Positions 13,982 through 26,909 of a stretch of DNA of 59,351 nucleotides are shown here, one piece after another. How positions within the stretch are numbered: position 1 is the first letter of the stretch; every line of letters starts with the position of its first letter. The notes under the pieces are model-generated. The model was not told the DNA's origin. It was given only the letters and a program-made list of their open reading frames with translations, and searched no databases. Source of the stretch: Scyliorhinus canicula (lineage: Eukaryota); assembly GCF_902713615.1 (NCBI RefSeq), contig NC_052149.1:232102069-232161419 (forward strand). Reading direction: 5' to 3'. A program made the translations under genes and the position numbers.

Positions 13982-15743
13982 CTGCATTCAAAACAAATCA
14001 TAAGTCAAAGCAATCATTTTGATGAGTAATTAGTGCCAACTGAGCCACGGTCATGGGGTGTGAGGGTTTCTCCATGATCAGAAACCAAGCAGTTTAGGCC
14101 TATATTCTCTGGAGTTTAAATGAATGAGAGGCAATCTCACTGAAACAGCCGGAGTGTTTGACAGGGAAGATGCTGAGAGGTTGTCTCCCCCTGGTGGAGA
14201 GTCTGGAACTGCGGCCATTGAGAATTGAGATGAGGAGAAGGCTGTTCACTCGGTGAGTTGTGAACCTTTGGAATCCTCTGCCCCAGAGAGCAGTGGATCT
14301 TCGGTCATTGAGGATATTCAAGACAGAAGCCGAAAGGTTTGTGGGCAGCAGGGTCACTAAACGCATGTAGGGAAAAGTGGAATTAACGAACTGGAGTTCA
14401 TCCATGACCTTTATTGATTGCGGAGGAGGCCAATTGGAACACTCCCGCTCTTATTTCTTATGTTTGCCACAAGGGGATCAAACGGGGTTTAATCTGCATT
14501 AGGAACGGCTGGCCGGGTAAACGGAGGAGAGAGTTGCACAAGATTAAGAAAGAAACACTTGCTTTTTGCTATGATACCTTTCAGGAACTCTCAGTATGGT
14601 CCCAAAGGCCTTTGCGGCCAATTTTGTACTTTCCACGTACGGTTGGATTTTAAAATGAATAAGAACCGCGGTAATCAATCTGTGCTGCTGTAGCTAGGAC
14701 TGGGATAAATGACCAGAATTGCCTGTTTAGTGATTTGGTTAAAGGTCAAATGTTGGCCAGGACATCGTGGAGGACTTTGGGTAGATGGTGATTCAGAGGC
14801 AATGCTGTATTAATACAGTATTAGTTTTTTCGCTTAATTCTGTCCTCTGATGAGCCTCGTGGCCTTTCTCTCAGCTGCATCCAGGGCTGCAGTGTTTACC
14901 GTGAAAAGACTAGGAGCATACAGTATTAATATAGTTTAGTGGTAATGGTGTGTTAATGCTGTGGCTACCAGGGCAGGTCAAAGGCTAGGAATCCTACGGT
15001 GAATAACTCACCTCCGGCCCACCCAAAAGCCTGTCCACCATCTACAAGGCACAAGTCTGGAGTGCGATGGAATACTCTCCACTTGCCTGGATGAGTGCAG
15101 CTCCAACAACACTCAACAAGCTCAACACCATCCAGGACAAAGCAGCCCCGCTTGATTGCTCCCCCTTCCACAAACATTCACTCTCTCCACCACTGACGCA
15201 CAGTAGCAGCCGTGTGTACCACCTACAAGATGCACTGCAGTAACTCACCAAGGCTCCTTAGATAACACCTTATAATAATGATAATCGCTTATTGTCACAA
15301 GTAGGTTTCAATGAAGTTACTGTGTAAAGCCCCTAGTCGCCACATTCCGGCGCCGTTTGGGGAGGCCGGTACGGGAATTGAACTCGCCCTGCAGGCATTG
15401 TTCTGCCTTACAAGCCAGCTGTTTAGCCCACTGTGCTAAACCAGCCCCTTCCAAACCCACGACCACTACCATCTCGAAGGACAAGAGCAGCAGATACCCG
15501 GGAACCCCACCACCAGGAGGTTCCCCTCCAAGTCACTCACCATCCTGACTGGGAAATATATCGGCCGTTCCTTCACTGTCGCTGGGTCAAAATCCTGAAA
15601 CACTCTCTAACAGCACAGTGGGTGTACCTACACCTTCGAGGACTGTAGCGGGTTCAAGAAGGTAATTCACCACCACCACTTTCTGAAGGACAACTAGGGA
15701 TGGGCAATAAACCCACATTCCTGAAATAATTTTTTGTTTTAAA

Positions 15744-16067
15744 TATCACCGGACTAGTAATCCAGAGGCCCAGGCGAAAGCTCTGGGGACATGGGTTTAA
15801 ATCCCACCACGGCAGCTGGTGGAATTTAATTCAATTAATGAATCTGGAAGTGAAAGCTAATCTCAGTAATGGTGTAAAACCCCAATTGGTTCACTATGGT
15901 CCTTTAGGAAGGAAATCTGCCTCCAGACCCACAGTAAAGTGATTCACTCTCAACTGCCCTCTGAAATGGCCGAGCAAATCACTCAGTTCAAGGGCAATTA
16001 AGGATGGGCATAGAAAGGAGGCCTTGCCAGGGACGCTCATATACCACGAATGAATAAAGAAAAAAAA
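15744..16067 (+). mobile_element. tRNA-derived SINE family C sharing its 3' tail with the LINE at 10465/14960/44150; pieces also at about 18420-18700(+) and 28640-28810(-)
   Basis: GGACTAGTAATCCAGAGG...GGTTTAAATCCCACC head; AAGGGCAATTAAGGATGGGCA...GCCAG..ACGC tail. Confidence 0.75.
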
Positions 16068-16298
16068 CCCTCTGCTCTTTTTCAAAATATGGGGTCCTTT
16101 GCAATGGGCCTCGGTTTAACACCTCATCCAAAAAACAGCACCTCCTACAGAGCAGCACCTCTCCACACACCCCGCCTTGGGACTGCGCTGAAAATGCCAG
16201 CCTGGATTTTGGACTCCAATCTCTAGAATGGGACTTGAACCCCTAACCTTCTGATTGAGAGGCAGGAGTTTAGTCTCCAGAGAGCTCCCCTTCCTTAC

Positions 16299-16471
16299 CT
16301 GTAAGGGCACTCCTCTCCACGCTTGCATTCTCCTTTGACCCAGAAGGAACAGATGTGTGGCCGATTGCGTTTGTAATACGGTGTGGTCCTGGCCAACTTC
16401 AGCAGCATGTCGCTGGAGCTGGTGGCCTTGCCCAGAGCACCCACCGCTCTCGTCCCATCCGAGTTCTGGAT
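16299..16471 (-). CDS. RBM22: RBM22 exon 6 (IQNSDG...[18 protein letters not shown]), CCCH zinc finger
   Basis: tgcag|ATC...TACAG|gtaag, 173 nt. Confidence 0.97.
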
Positions 16472-16839
16472 CTGCAGACACAGCAGAAACGTCAGTGCTG
16501 CCCTGGGATTGGTCGTGTACACAGAACAGGAGGAGGCCATTCAGTCCCTCAAGCCCCCTCAGGTGATCAATGGCGACTCTGAAATTCAACTTCACCTACT
16601 TGTCGTGGTTCTGTAATCCTTAATACCTTCCACCTAGAAAGACTACGGGTCTCAATCCTAAACTGTCAACCAACTCCCCACCCTTTAAAGCTTTTGGGCA
16701 AGACCAGGTTTCCACTTCACAGAAAGACAAGTCCCTGACGTCACCCTTAATGGGACCAGCTCTAATTTACGTTAAAATTAACTTTAAATTCTGCTGGCGG
16801 GGGGTGCGTGGCTGTGTCCGTGTGGGGTGGTTTGAGCGT

Positions 16840-17900
16840 AGTGTGTGTGACTCTGTGTGTGGTGTGTGTGTGCGTGAGTGAGCCTGTGTGTGCGCGAGCC
16901 TGTGTGTGCGCGAGCCTGTGTGTTCGCGTGTCTCTGTGTGTGTGAGTGAGCCTGTGTGTTCGTGAGTCTGTGTATGCGTGTGCGCGTGAGTCTGTGTGTG
17001 CGTGAGTGAGCCTGTGTGCGCGTGAGTCTGTGTGCGCGTGAGTCTGTGTGCGCGTGAGTCTGTGTGCGCGTGAGTCTGTGTGCGCGTGAGTCTGTGTGCG
17101 CGTGAGTCTGTGTGCGCGTGAGTCTGTGTGCGCGTGAGTCTGTGTGCGCGTAAGTCTGTGTGCGCGTGAGTCTGTGTGCGCGTGAGTCTGTGTGCGCGTG
17201 AGTCTGTGTGCGCGTGAGTCTGTGTGCGCGTGAGTCTGTGTGAGCGTGAGTCTGTGTGTGCGTGTGTCTCTGTGTGCGTGTGTCTCTGTGTGCGTGTCTC
17301 TGTGTGCGTGAGCCTGTGTGTGCGTGAGTGAGCCTGTGTGTGCGTGAGTGAGCCTGTGTGTGCGTGAGTGAGCCTGTGTGTGCGTGAGTGAGCCTGTGTG
17401 TGCGTGCGTGAGCCTGTGTGTGCGTGAGCCTGTGTGTGCGTGAGTCTGTGTGTGCGTGAGTCTGTGTGTGCGTGAGTCTGTGTGTGCGAGAGTCTGTGTG
17501 TGCGTGAGTCTGTGTGTGCGTGAGTCTGTGTGTGCGTGAGTCTCTGTGTGCGTGTGTCTCTGTGTGCGTGAGCCTGTGTGTGCGTGAGCCTGTGTGTGCG
17601 TGAGTCTGTGTGTGCGTGAGTCTGCGTGTGCGTGTGCCTCTGTGTGTGTGAGTCTGTGTGTGCGTGAGTGAGCCTGTATGTGCGTGTGTCTCTGTGTGCG
17701 TGAGTCTGTGTATGCGTGTGTGCCTGTGTGTTCGCGGGCCTGTTTTTGCGCGAGCCTGTATGTGCGTGAGTGAGCCTGTGTGTATAGCAAGCCTGTGGGT
17801 GAGTCCGTGTGGATGTGTGTGCGCGCATCTGTGTATGCATCTGTGTGTCAATAAATCTGTGTGCATGCGCGTCTGTGTGCGTATGAGTCTGTGTGCAGTG
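16840..17900. repeat. GT-rich compound minisatellite (16-bp GTGAGTCTGTGTGCGC and 20-bp GAGTGAGCCTGTGTGTGCGT blocks)
   Basis: Direct inspection; RBM22 intron 5. Confidence 0.95.
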
Positions 17901-18745
17901 TGTTTGTGGGTGGGTGGGGCTGGGTATGTGGGTGACAAACTAAGGAGAAACGTAATTGGACAAATAACTAGAAACGGAGATGAGAAGAAATATTCCTGTG
18001 CAGCAAGTTGTTACAATCTGCAGCACACTAATGAATGATTGCCTGGGTCAACTTAATTACTGAACTAAGAATGGAACAAGCTGCCAAAGGAAATAGTCAC
18101 AGCCCCAGCACCTCAAGACCCGTCTTTAGATTATTTCCATGTCCATTATCAGGGCGACCACCTCAGCAGGTACGGCCTGAGTTTAGCTAGGGCTGCCCAT
18201 AGAATTGTTGGCAGAATATGGACACTGGTCAGTGATGCCGACACAACTGAAGGAGAAGGGAAATAGTGCGGCTGCTGCTGGTCATTTGAAATGTCAACAA
18301 GTAGTGCCGGAAATACTAAGCGAATCAAACAGCAGCTGTGGAGAGAAACAGAATTAACGTCCCAAGATTCATTCGCATGCAGCAGAACCGGGGGGTAACC
18401 AACCTCGAGGTTGTTATTAAAAACCCATCTGGTTCACTAATGTCCTTCTACCCACTGGGAGTGGCCTAACTCTGGCTCCAGGCACACAGTGATGTGGTTA
18501 ACATATACCTGCCCTCTGAAAACGGCAAGTGACCCAGTCAGCCTGACCAAACCACTAATGAGAGGTCACTGCAGGTGCACCGACACCACACGGACAGCAG
18601 CAATTCAAGGGGGCAACTCACCACCACCTCAAGGGCAATTAGGGGTGGGCAATAAATAATGGCCTTGCCAGCGACGGCCACACCTGCTGAATGAAGAAAA
18701 ACCTTTCATTAAAAAAATCTTTGCAAGGCGCACAAGAGGTTCAAT

Positions 18746-19087
18746 GGGCGGCGCAGTTGCACAGTGGCTAGCACTGCTGCCTCACAGCCCAAGGGACCCG
18801 GGTTCAATTCCAACCTCGGGTCACTGTCTCTGTGGAGTTTGCATGTTCTCCCCGTGTCTGCGTGGGTTCCTTCCGGGTGCTCCGGTTTCCTCCCACAGTC
18901 CAAAGATGTGCAGGTTAGGTGGATTGGCCATGCTAAATTGCCCTTAGTGACCAAAAAAGGTTAGGTGGGATTGTTGGGTTACGGGAAGGGGGTGGAGGTG
19001 TGGACTTAAGTACGGTGCTCTTTCCAAGGGCCGGTGCAGACTCGATGGGCCGAATGGCCTCCTTCTGCACTCTAAATTCTATGATTC
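18746..19087 (+). mobile_element. V-SINE (HE1-like), ending about 15 nt from the RBM22 exon 5 donor
   Basis: Same family, full length. Confidence 0.92.
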
Positions 19088-19102
19088 AAAGACAACAATT
19101 AC

Positions 19103-19203
19103 CTCTCTCTCCATGTTCTGTGTGTAATACTCCTTGTTGACGTCAGACTTGGGCATCTCGTCCTTGAGCGATATTCCCGCATCGCGGACCTGGATGGGCA
19201 ATC
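19103..19203 (-). CDS. RBM22: RBM22 exon 5 ([10 protein letters not shown]...YYTQNMERE)
   Basis: cttag|GATTG...GAGAG|gtaat, 101 nt, phase 1-0. Confidence 0.97.
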
Positions 19204-20016
19204 CTAAGAGCAGCGTAGGAAGGAAGTGAGACAATCAGACTCAGCACAGTCTAAAGGGCAAGAACGCAGGTTCACTCCAGCGTAACTGGGAGAGCAGGTT
19301 GCCACTTTCACACCAACTTGAAGCCACTTTGAGTTCAGAGTAAGTATAAAACAGGTAGCATAAAGCGGAAGGAATTGACCGAGTATTCTGAAGCCCCGAC
19401 AGGGAAATATCCCACCAACTTTACTAAAGCTCGGCACTGTGAATTGAATCCATTTGCACATTGTACATATGGATAAAGTAGAACAAATTGCACCTAACAG
19501 GCTTAAAGCCTTAGCACCACTTGTTTGGACGACATTGTTAAAGTGATGGGAAGCTACAAATGGCCACTCTTCAGGTTTTGAGTGATCGTTCGGGACAGGA
19601 GGAAGTCAGTCGCACCTCACTTCCGTTCTCCGCCATTCAGATAGACCACGGTTGATCCATGTCTCAATTCCATTCACCCTCTGCCGTTCCATATCCTTTG
19701 ATACACCCACCTAATAGACGTCTATCAGCAGACCATTCAACAGTGAGGTGCTTCACTCTAAATCACGTCAGTGAGCTCTCTCGCCCCGCAAGTGTCAGCT
19801 TGTCGGGCAAATGGGGACCATTTGCCATCACCACAGGACAATTACAAAGGCACTGCTTGAACCACTGCTTGAACACCATGAGTGTGTTCATGGTTTCCGG
19901 CAGTTCAAAGTGCTGTTTGCACCTCACTAAGCCCTGTCCCTCCTGGAGGACTGCCACTCCCATCAGTCCCTACTTGGCAACACGCTGGTCTGGATTGGCT
20001 CCAGTTCCCTTTTAAA

Positions 20017-20363
20017 GGGCAGCACGGTAGCATTGTGGATAGCACAATTGCTTCACAGCTCCAGGGTCCCAGGTTCGATTCCGGCTTGGGTCACTGTCTG
20101 TGCAGAGTCTGCACATCCTCCCCGTGTCTGCGTGAGTTTCCTCCGGGTGCTCCGTTTTCCTCCCACAGTCCAAAGATGTGCAGGTTAGGTGGATTGGCCA
20201 TGCTAAATTGCCCTTAGTGTCCAAAATTGCCCTTAGTGTTGGGTGGGGTTACTAGGTTATGGGGATACGGTGGAGGTGTTGACCTTGGGTAGGGTGCTCT
20301 TTCCAGGAGCCGGTGCAGACTCGATGGGTCGAATGGCCTCCTTCTGCACTGTAAATTCTATGA
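20017..20363 (+). mobile_element. V-SINE (HE1-like)
   Basis: Full length with duplicated AAATTGCCCTTAGTGT; close match to 33428-33773. Confidence 0.92.
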
Positions 20364-20439
20364 AAAGGTTGGCAACAATCTGACCATCTCAAACAGGTGC
20401 AGGTCTGTAATCCCCCCGAGTGACTGTGCGGACACTTAC

Positions 20440-20572
20440 CGTATTCAAGGTCCAGCAGGCAAGTCTGGCACACGTTCTTCAGCTTGCTACACGTCTGGCA
20501 GACTTCGGTTTTCTTAAAACGCATCCGGGCTCCCGGACACCAGCGGAAGACAGTGAAAGGCCGAGAGCAGAT
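20440..20572 (-). CDS. RBM22: RBM22 exon 4 ([14 protein letters not shown]...CLLDLEY)
   Basis: ttcag|ATC...TACG|gtaag, 133 nt; part of ORF 20252..20860. Confidence 0.97.
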
Positions 20573-21256
20573 CTGAAGGGTGTGGCAACAAGGGGAAAGA
20601 TATGGATTCAACCCACCGCAGGAGCTTAGCATTTCGAGCACAGGTAAATCCCCCCCCCCCACCCCCCCCAACCCCAATCTTTGAAACAGCGGTGGTGGGT
20701 TTTTCACATCCACCCGAGGGGGAAAAAGGGGCCCGGGTTTAACGTCACGTCCAGGGGACGGTTTTGACAGCAGCTTTGATTTTTGTTCTCGAGTCTCTGG
20801 AGTGGGACCTGAACACACAACGTTCTGACACAAAGGTGAGAATGAAGCAAACTGAGACACAGCTGGGGCATGAAACCAGAATTATTATTTTAAACACACA
20901 GCATTGGAAGGCTTTGATCAGGGAATAATTTAAGGATAACATTTTTTGACTCGTTTTTGAAATTCAATAGATGAACATATGATTATGGTTAGCAAGTGGT
21001 ACTTTAAACATGAAGCTAATTTCAAAGCAACATAACAGAATGATAACAATGTTGTTTGTGTCTATATTGAAGATTTTAATTCCTGTACCTAAAGCAATGT
21101 GTGGTAGAACAGAATAATCCCAGATGTCCCTGTCACTTAAACCAGGGGTTCCTTACCAGTAAATCCTTGTATTTCTTTGGCACCTGTAATCTGGCAAAAT
21201 GTCTCAAGACTCTTCACAGGAACGTGGAGGATAACAGGTCAAATTAACAAAATTTA

Positions 21257-21520
21257 GGGGCAGCACGGTGGCACAGTGGTTAGCACTTCTGCCTCACAAC
21301 GCTGGGGTCCCAGGTTTAATTCCGGCCTGGTGTCTGTGCGGAGCCTGCACTTTCTCCCCGTGTCTGCATGGGTTTCCTCCGGGTGCTCCGGTTTCCTCCC
21401 ACAGTCCAAAGGTGTGCGGTGTAGGTTGGGTTACGGGGATAGGGCAGGGTCATGGCTCTGGGTAGGGAGCTCTTTCAGGGGGTCGGTGCAGACTCGATGG
21501 GTTGAAAAGCCTTCTTCTGA
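21257..21520 (+). mobile_element. V-SINE (HE1-like), internally deleted
   Basis: Same family. Confidence 0.85.
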
Positions 21521-21529
21521 TTGATCAGA

Positions 21530-23300
21530 GAAGTCAGCTTTCGAGGGCATCTTCGAGGAGGAGAGCAGCGGACAGGTGTAGGGAGGGAATTAGAGAGCTT
21601 GGGACCCAGGCAGCTACAGGTACGGCCACCAACGGTGAAGCGATTAAAATCAGGGATTTACAGATGGTCAGAAAGAGGAAGGTGCCGGGTTGTGGGGAGT
21701 GAGGATGGGGAGCGGTGAGCCCATAGAAGGATTTGAAAACAAAGATGGGAATTTCAAAGATGAGATGCGGGAACGGGAGTGAACGCTGGTCAGCGAGCAC
21801 AGGGGCGAGCGGGAATGGTGCGTGTTCAGTGAGTGGGAATGGTGCGTGTTCAGCGAGCACAGGGACGAATGGGAATGGTGCATGTTCAGTGAGTACAGGG
21901 GCGAGTGGGAATGGTGCATGTTCAGTGAGTACAGGGGCGAGTGGGAATGGTGCATGTTCAGTGAGCGGGAATGATGCGTGTTCAGTGGGCACAGGGGCAT
22001 GTGGGAACGGTGTGTGTTCAGTGAGCGGGAATGGTGCGTGTTCAGCGGGCACAGGGGCGTGTGGGAATGGTGCGTGTTCAGTGAGCGGGAATGGCACGTA
22101 TTCAGTGAGCGGGAATGCTGCGTGTTCAGTGAGCACAGGGGCGAGTGGGAATGGCACGTATTCAGTGAGCGGGAATGGTGCGTGTTTAGCGAGCGGGAAT
22201 GGTGCGTGTTTAGCGAGCGGGAATGGTGCGTGTTTAGCGAGCGGGAATGGTGCGTGTTTAGCGAGCAGGAATGGTACGGACTCAGTGAGCGGGAATGGTA
22301 CAGGCTCAGTGAGCGGGAATGGTACGGGCTCAGTGAGCGGGAATGGTACGGGCTCAGTGAGTGGGAATGGTACGGGCTCGGTGAGCGGGAATGGTACGGG
22401 TTCAGTGAACGGGAATGGTACGGGCTCAGTGAGTGGGAATGGTACGGGCTCAGTGAGTGGGAATGGTACGGGCTCAGTGAGCAGGAATGGTACGGGCTCA
22501 GTGAGCGGGAATGGTACGGGCTCAGTGAGCAGGAATGGTACGGGCTCAGTGAGGGGGAATGGTACGGGCTCAGTGAGCGGGAATGGTACGGGCTCAGAGC
22601 GGGAATGGTACGGGCTCAGTGAGCGGGAATGGTACGGGCTCAGTGAGCGGGAATGGTACGGGCTCAGTGAGTGGGAATGGTACGGGCTCAGTGAGCAGGA
22701 ATGGTACGGGCTCAGTGAGTGGGAATGGTACGGGCTCAGTGAGCGGGAATGGTACGGGTTCAGTGAGTGGGAATGGTACGGGTTCAGTGAGTGGGAATGG
22801 TACGGGTTCAGTGAGTGGGAATGGTACGGGCTCAGTGAGTGGGAATGGTACGGGTTCAGTGAGTGGGAATGGTACGGGCTCAGTGAGCGGGAATGGTACG
22901 GGCTCAGTGAGCGGGAATGGTATGGGCTCAGTGAGCGGGAATGGTACGGGCTCAGTGAGCGGGAATGGTACGGGCTCAGAGCGGGAATGGTACGGGCTCA
23001 GTGAGCGGGAATGGTACGGGCTCAGTGAGCGGGAATGGTACGGGCTCAGTGAGTGGGAATGGTACGGGCTCAGTGAGCAGGAATGGTACGGGCTCAGAGC
23101 GGGAATGGTACGGGCTCAGAGCGGGAATGGTACGGGCTCAGAGCGGGAATGGTACGGGCTTGGATACAGGCAGCTGAGCTTTAGGATGAGCTCCTGTTTC
23201 TTTACGATGGAAGAGCAGAGGTCGGTGGGGGGAGGATTGGGACGGCCCAGGTCTCGAGGGTAACAGAGGGTTTCAGCAAATGAGTTGAGCCAGGGGTGGG
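21530..23300 (-). mobile_element. L2-like LINE ORF2 C-terminal fragment split by the 24-bp minisatellite
   Basis: PVLADQRSLP..LIFEIPIFVFKSFYGL on one side, degenerate VTxRxxx/LILKLSCLY (QNSAAR region) on the other. Further L2 pieces at about 43560-44135 and 51690-52200. Confidence 0.7.
21780..23160. repeat. Minisatellite, 24-bp unit GGGAATGGTACGGGCTCAGTGAGC (36- and 20-bp variants)
   Basis: Direct inspection; embedded in an L2-like LINE fragment. Confidence 0.96.
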
Positions 23301-23782
23301 GTTGGGCGATGCTACGCCCGAGGTTCTAAGTTCAGTCGGAGCAGCATCACCTGTAGAGGAGAGGGAATCCAAATCGATTCTCGTAAAACTCTCCCGCCAC
23401 CTGGCTCATTGCTGCCACCTAGTGGATTTTCAGTCTACTTCAATACCAATGTACAGTATTTACTCAAACACCGGCTCCCTCGCCAGCCCATACCTGTCTG
23501 TGCTTCTCCACTGGCATTCAGAAATCCAATGAGGTCACTCCACTGTGCCAGCCTGCCAGCACCCACTACCCACATGTTAATGATGTCCACACGCATACAC
23601 CATCTGCCTGCTTCTGTGCAGTCTATCAGTAACAAGCTCAATTAAAGCATTAACCTGGGTCACATCTCACCCTTTGGTGTGATGAAGAGTGCCCAGATAC
23701 TGAATGATCTATTTCCATCGCTTCATTCCTGCACTGCAAACCCACTGACTAATGTTTCAATTTAGGAAGGCTAAGGTGTAAT

Positions 23783-24480
23783 GGGGCAGCACGGCGGCAC
23801 AGTGGTTAGCACTGCTGCTTCACAGCACCAGGGACCCGGGTTCGATTCTGGGCAACTGTCTGTGTGGAGTCTGCACGTTCTCCCCGTGTGTGCGTGGGTT
23901 TCCTCCGGGTGCTCCGGTTTCCTCCCACAGTCCAAAGATGTGCAGGCTAGGTGGATTGGCCATGCTAAATTGCCCCTTAGTGTCCAAAAGGTTATGTGGG
24001 GTTACTGGATAGGGTGGGGGGTGGGTTAGGTAGGCTGCTCTTTCAGAGGGTTAGTGCAGACTCAATGGGCTGAATGGCCTCCTTCTGCACTGTCGGGATT
24101 CTATAATAATTGCTGAATCACCTGGCCCGAAGAATATCAACACCATTGCACATAGCTTTTATAAGGGCAGCACGGTAGCGCAGTGGTTAGCACTGTGGCT
24201 TCACAGCTCCAGGGTTCCAGGTTCGATTCCCGGCTGGGTCACTGTCTGCGCGGAGTCTGCACATCCTCCCCGTGTCTGCGTGGGTTTCCTCCGGGTGCTC
24301 CGGTTTCCTCCCACAGTCCAAAGACGTGCAGTATAGGTGGATTGGCCATGATAAATTGCCCTTAGTGTCCAAAAAGGTTAGGTGGGGTTATTGGGTTACG
24401 GGGATAGGAGGGAGGTGAGGGCTTAAGGTGGGTCGGTGCAGACTCGATGGGCCCAATGGCCTCCTTCTGCACTGTGCTAT
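23783..24480 (+). mobile_element. Two adjacent V-SINE copies (23783-24105, 24165-24480)
   Basis: Same family, distinct subfamily variants. Confidence 0.9.
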
Positions 24481-24701
24481 GTTTTATATTTTATAACGGG
24501 ACATTTTAATATCTAGATCAGTACATCACCGCTAAATTTGTGTAGTCTAACTGGACAACCGACTCTGAGAACATTTATACATCAACATTACATAAAGATC
24601 TCTCACATCCACAAAATCCCATTTCTGGAAATCAAATGTCTCTCTCCCGGAACGTGCGCAGTGTCCAAGCCGGAGTCCGACTGGGGCCATGAACCAGAAA
24701 A

Positions 24702-25205
24702 CCAACTCTCTCTCTCCGTGAGTGACAGGCACTCCAGCCAATCCACCTCAATTAGGAATTGAGGGACCCCGCTCCAACTCTCTCTCTCCGTGAGTGACAG
24801 GCACTCCAGCCAATCCACCTCGATTAGGAATTGAGGGACCCCACTCCAACTCTCTCTCTCCGTGAGTGACAGGCACTCCAGCCAATCCACCTCGATTAGG
24901 AATTGAGGGACCCCGCTCCAACTCTCTCTCTCCGTGAGTGACAGGCACTCCAGCCAATCCACCTCGATTAGGAATTGAGGGACCCCGCTCCAACTCTCTC
25001 TCTCCGTGAGTGACAGGCACTCCAGCCAATCCACCTCGATTAGGAATTGAGGGACCCCGCTCCAACTCTCTCTCTCCGTGAGTGACAGGCGCTCCAGCCA
25101 ATCCACCTCGATTAGGAATTGAGGGACCCCGCTCCAACTCTCTCTCTCCGTGAGTGACAGGCGCTCCAGCCAATCCACCTCGATTAGGAATTGAGGGACT
25201 CCGCT
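24702..25205. repeat. Minisatellite, 72-bp unit, about 7 near-identical copies
   Basis: CCAACTCTC recurs at 24702, 24774, 24846 and onward. Confidence 0.97.
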
Positions 25206-26879
25206 TCAAACACAGCCCTGATACTTTGAGCAGCGCCACCGTTGCTACTGGCTGCATTCAACTTTATATTATCCAATTCCAGCCCCAGCAATTACATCCC
25301 TGAACAGCTCCTGTTAGTGGCAGGAGGTACACATAACGCACCGGCACAGAGGTTTGTTAATCTCGCCGTACACAGGCAGCTATTTTAATAACCTAATGAA
25401 AATGTTTCGACGCAAAATAACTGGGCATTGAATTGGGGCAGGTGCCCCACAATGCTGAGGGAGCAGAGGTCACGTTCGAATGGTGCCGGATGCAGCCACA
25501 GGGTTGCTTCCTCGGAATTAAAGAGAAGTCGGAAAAGATTGTTCACACAAACTGCCAACAAGAAAGCAGAGGCAATAAACCGTTTCAGATTAGAATGAAG
25601 TAGTTGATTGAGAAACAGGAACATTGAATGACAATGAGAGTGAGGAGAATGGGTGGGATGTCACAGGTAACAGGGAGGGAGGAGGAGAGTGGGAGTGGCC
25701 AGGCGCCAAATGCCAACGTGTTTTTTATGGCCTCTACCTTTGCTGGATTATACTGCGAGTTTAAACCCCAGAAATCCCTGACCTTTGGTGCAATTATCCC
25801 ACAGGAAAACCGTTGTGATGTTGTATTAATGGAGGTCTTGAGGCACAGTGGGTAGCGTCTCTGAGCCAGAATCTCACCCCAGGATCTGATGGCCAAGGAT
25901 GGCGGCATCATAACGCGGCCCAACAGGCAGAGTATCAACCGGCAAATCCTTGCAGCACCCCCTACGGTAGGCATGCAGAATTGGGAGAGATTCCTCAGCC
26001 GTGCCTGATGCAGATGGTGCCTCTGAATTGAGGCAAGCAACCCTGTTCCAGATAAACAATCAAGGGAATTAGAGAAGGAAGTGATCGCACTGGAGTGGGT
26101 ACAGAGGACGTTCACCAGGACGTTGCCTGGGTTGGAGCGATGAAGAGAGACTGGATAGGATGGGGTTGTTTTCCCTGGAGCAGGGAAGATTGAGTTGGGA
26201 CGTGATCAGGGTGTACAGAATTATGAAAGGATACATGCGGAGAAACCTTTCCCCTTAGTAGAGGGGTCAATAACCAGGGGGCAGAGATTTACGGTCAGGG
26301 GCAGGAGATTCAGACGGGATTTGAGAAAAAACCTTTTCACCCAGAGGGTGGTGGGAGTCTGGAACTCGCTGCCTGAAAGGGTGGGAGAGGCGGGAACCCT
26401 CACAACATAATACGAAGCATTTAGATCAGCACTTGAAATGCCACAGCACACAAGGCTATAGATCAAGTGCTGGAAAATGGGATTTGAATTGATAGGTGGT
26501 GATGGCCAGCACAGACATGATGGGCTGAAGGGCCTGTTTCAGTGCTGTAAAACTCTAGGATTCTGAGAGATTTAAGTGTTTGCGTCTTCCAAGTCTATAC
26601 TGAATTAGGGACATCAACATACTTTAATGCTTTAGGATGACAGCTTATCATTAACCATTCACTCGACAATGATACAGCACAAGAGGAGGCTATTCGGCCC
26701 TACATTGCTTGTGCTGGCTCCTTGTAGGTGCTCCCCAATTAGCCCCAGGATCCCTGCCCCTTCCCCAGTGAAAAGAAGCTCCCAGGTTTGTGTACTGTGA
26801 CATCAGACGCATCGCGAGAATCACAGGTTGATTGGGAGCCCACGAGACTGTTACCCAGAAACCTCAGACACATACATAC

Positions 26880-26909
26880 CTTGCACTCTTTTCCATATTT
26901 TTCTTTTGT
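26880..26909 (-). CDS. RBM22: RBM22 exon 3 (TKEKYGKECK), 30-nt microexon
   Basis: ttcag|ACAAAA...TGCAAG|gtatg; fills the gap between exons 2 and 4 exactly. Confidence 0.96.

Noticed and set aside
16762-17938. Long His/Thr-rich ORFs (342-384 aa)
   Set aside because: Open in all three frames because they translate a stop-poor tandem repeat inside RBM22 intron 5.
18746-18825. tRNA genes at SINE heads
   Set aside because: A/B boxes are present but run straight into the SINE body; no complete cloverleaf.
21733-23263. 423-aa (GSVSGNGT)n ORF resembling a structural or antifreeze protein
   Set aside because: Minisatellite inside an L2 remnant, antisense in an intron; 20-bp units break the frame.
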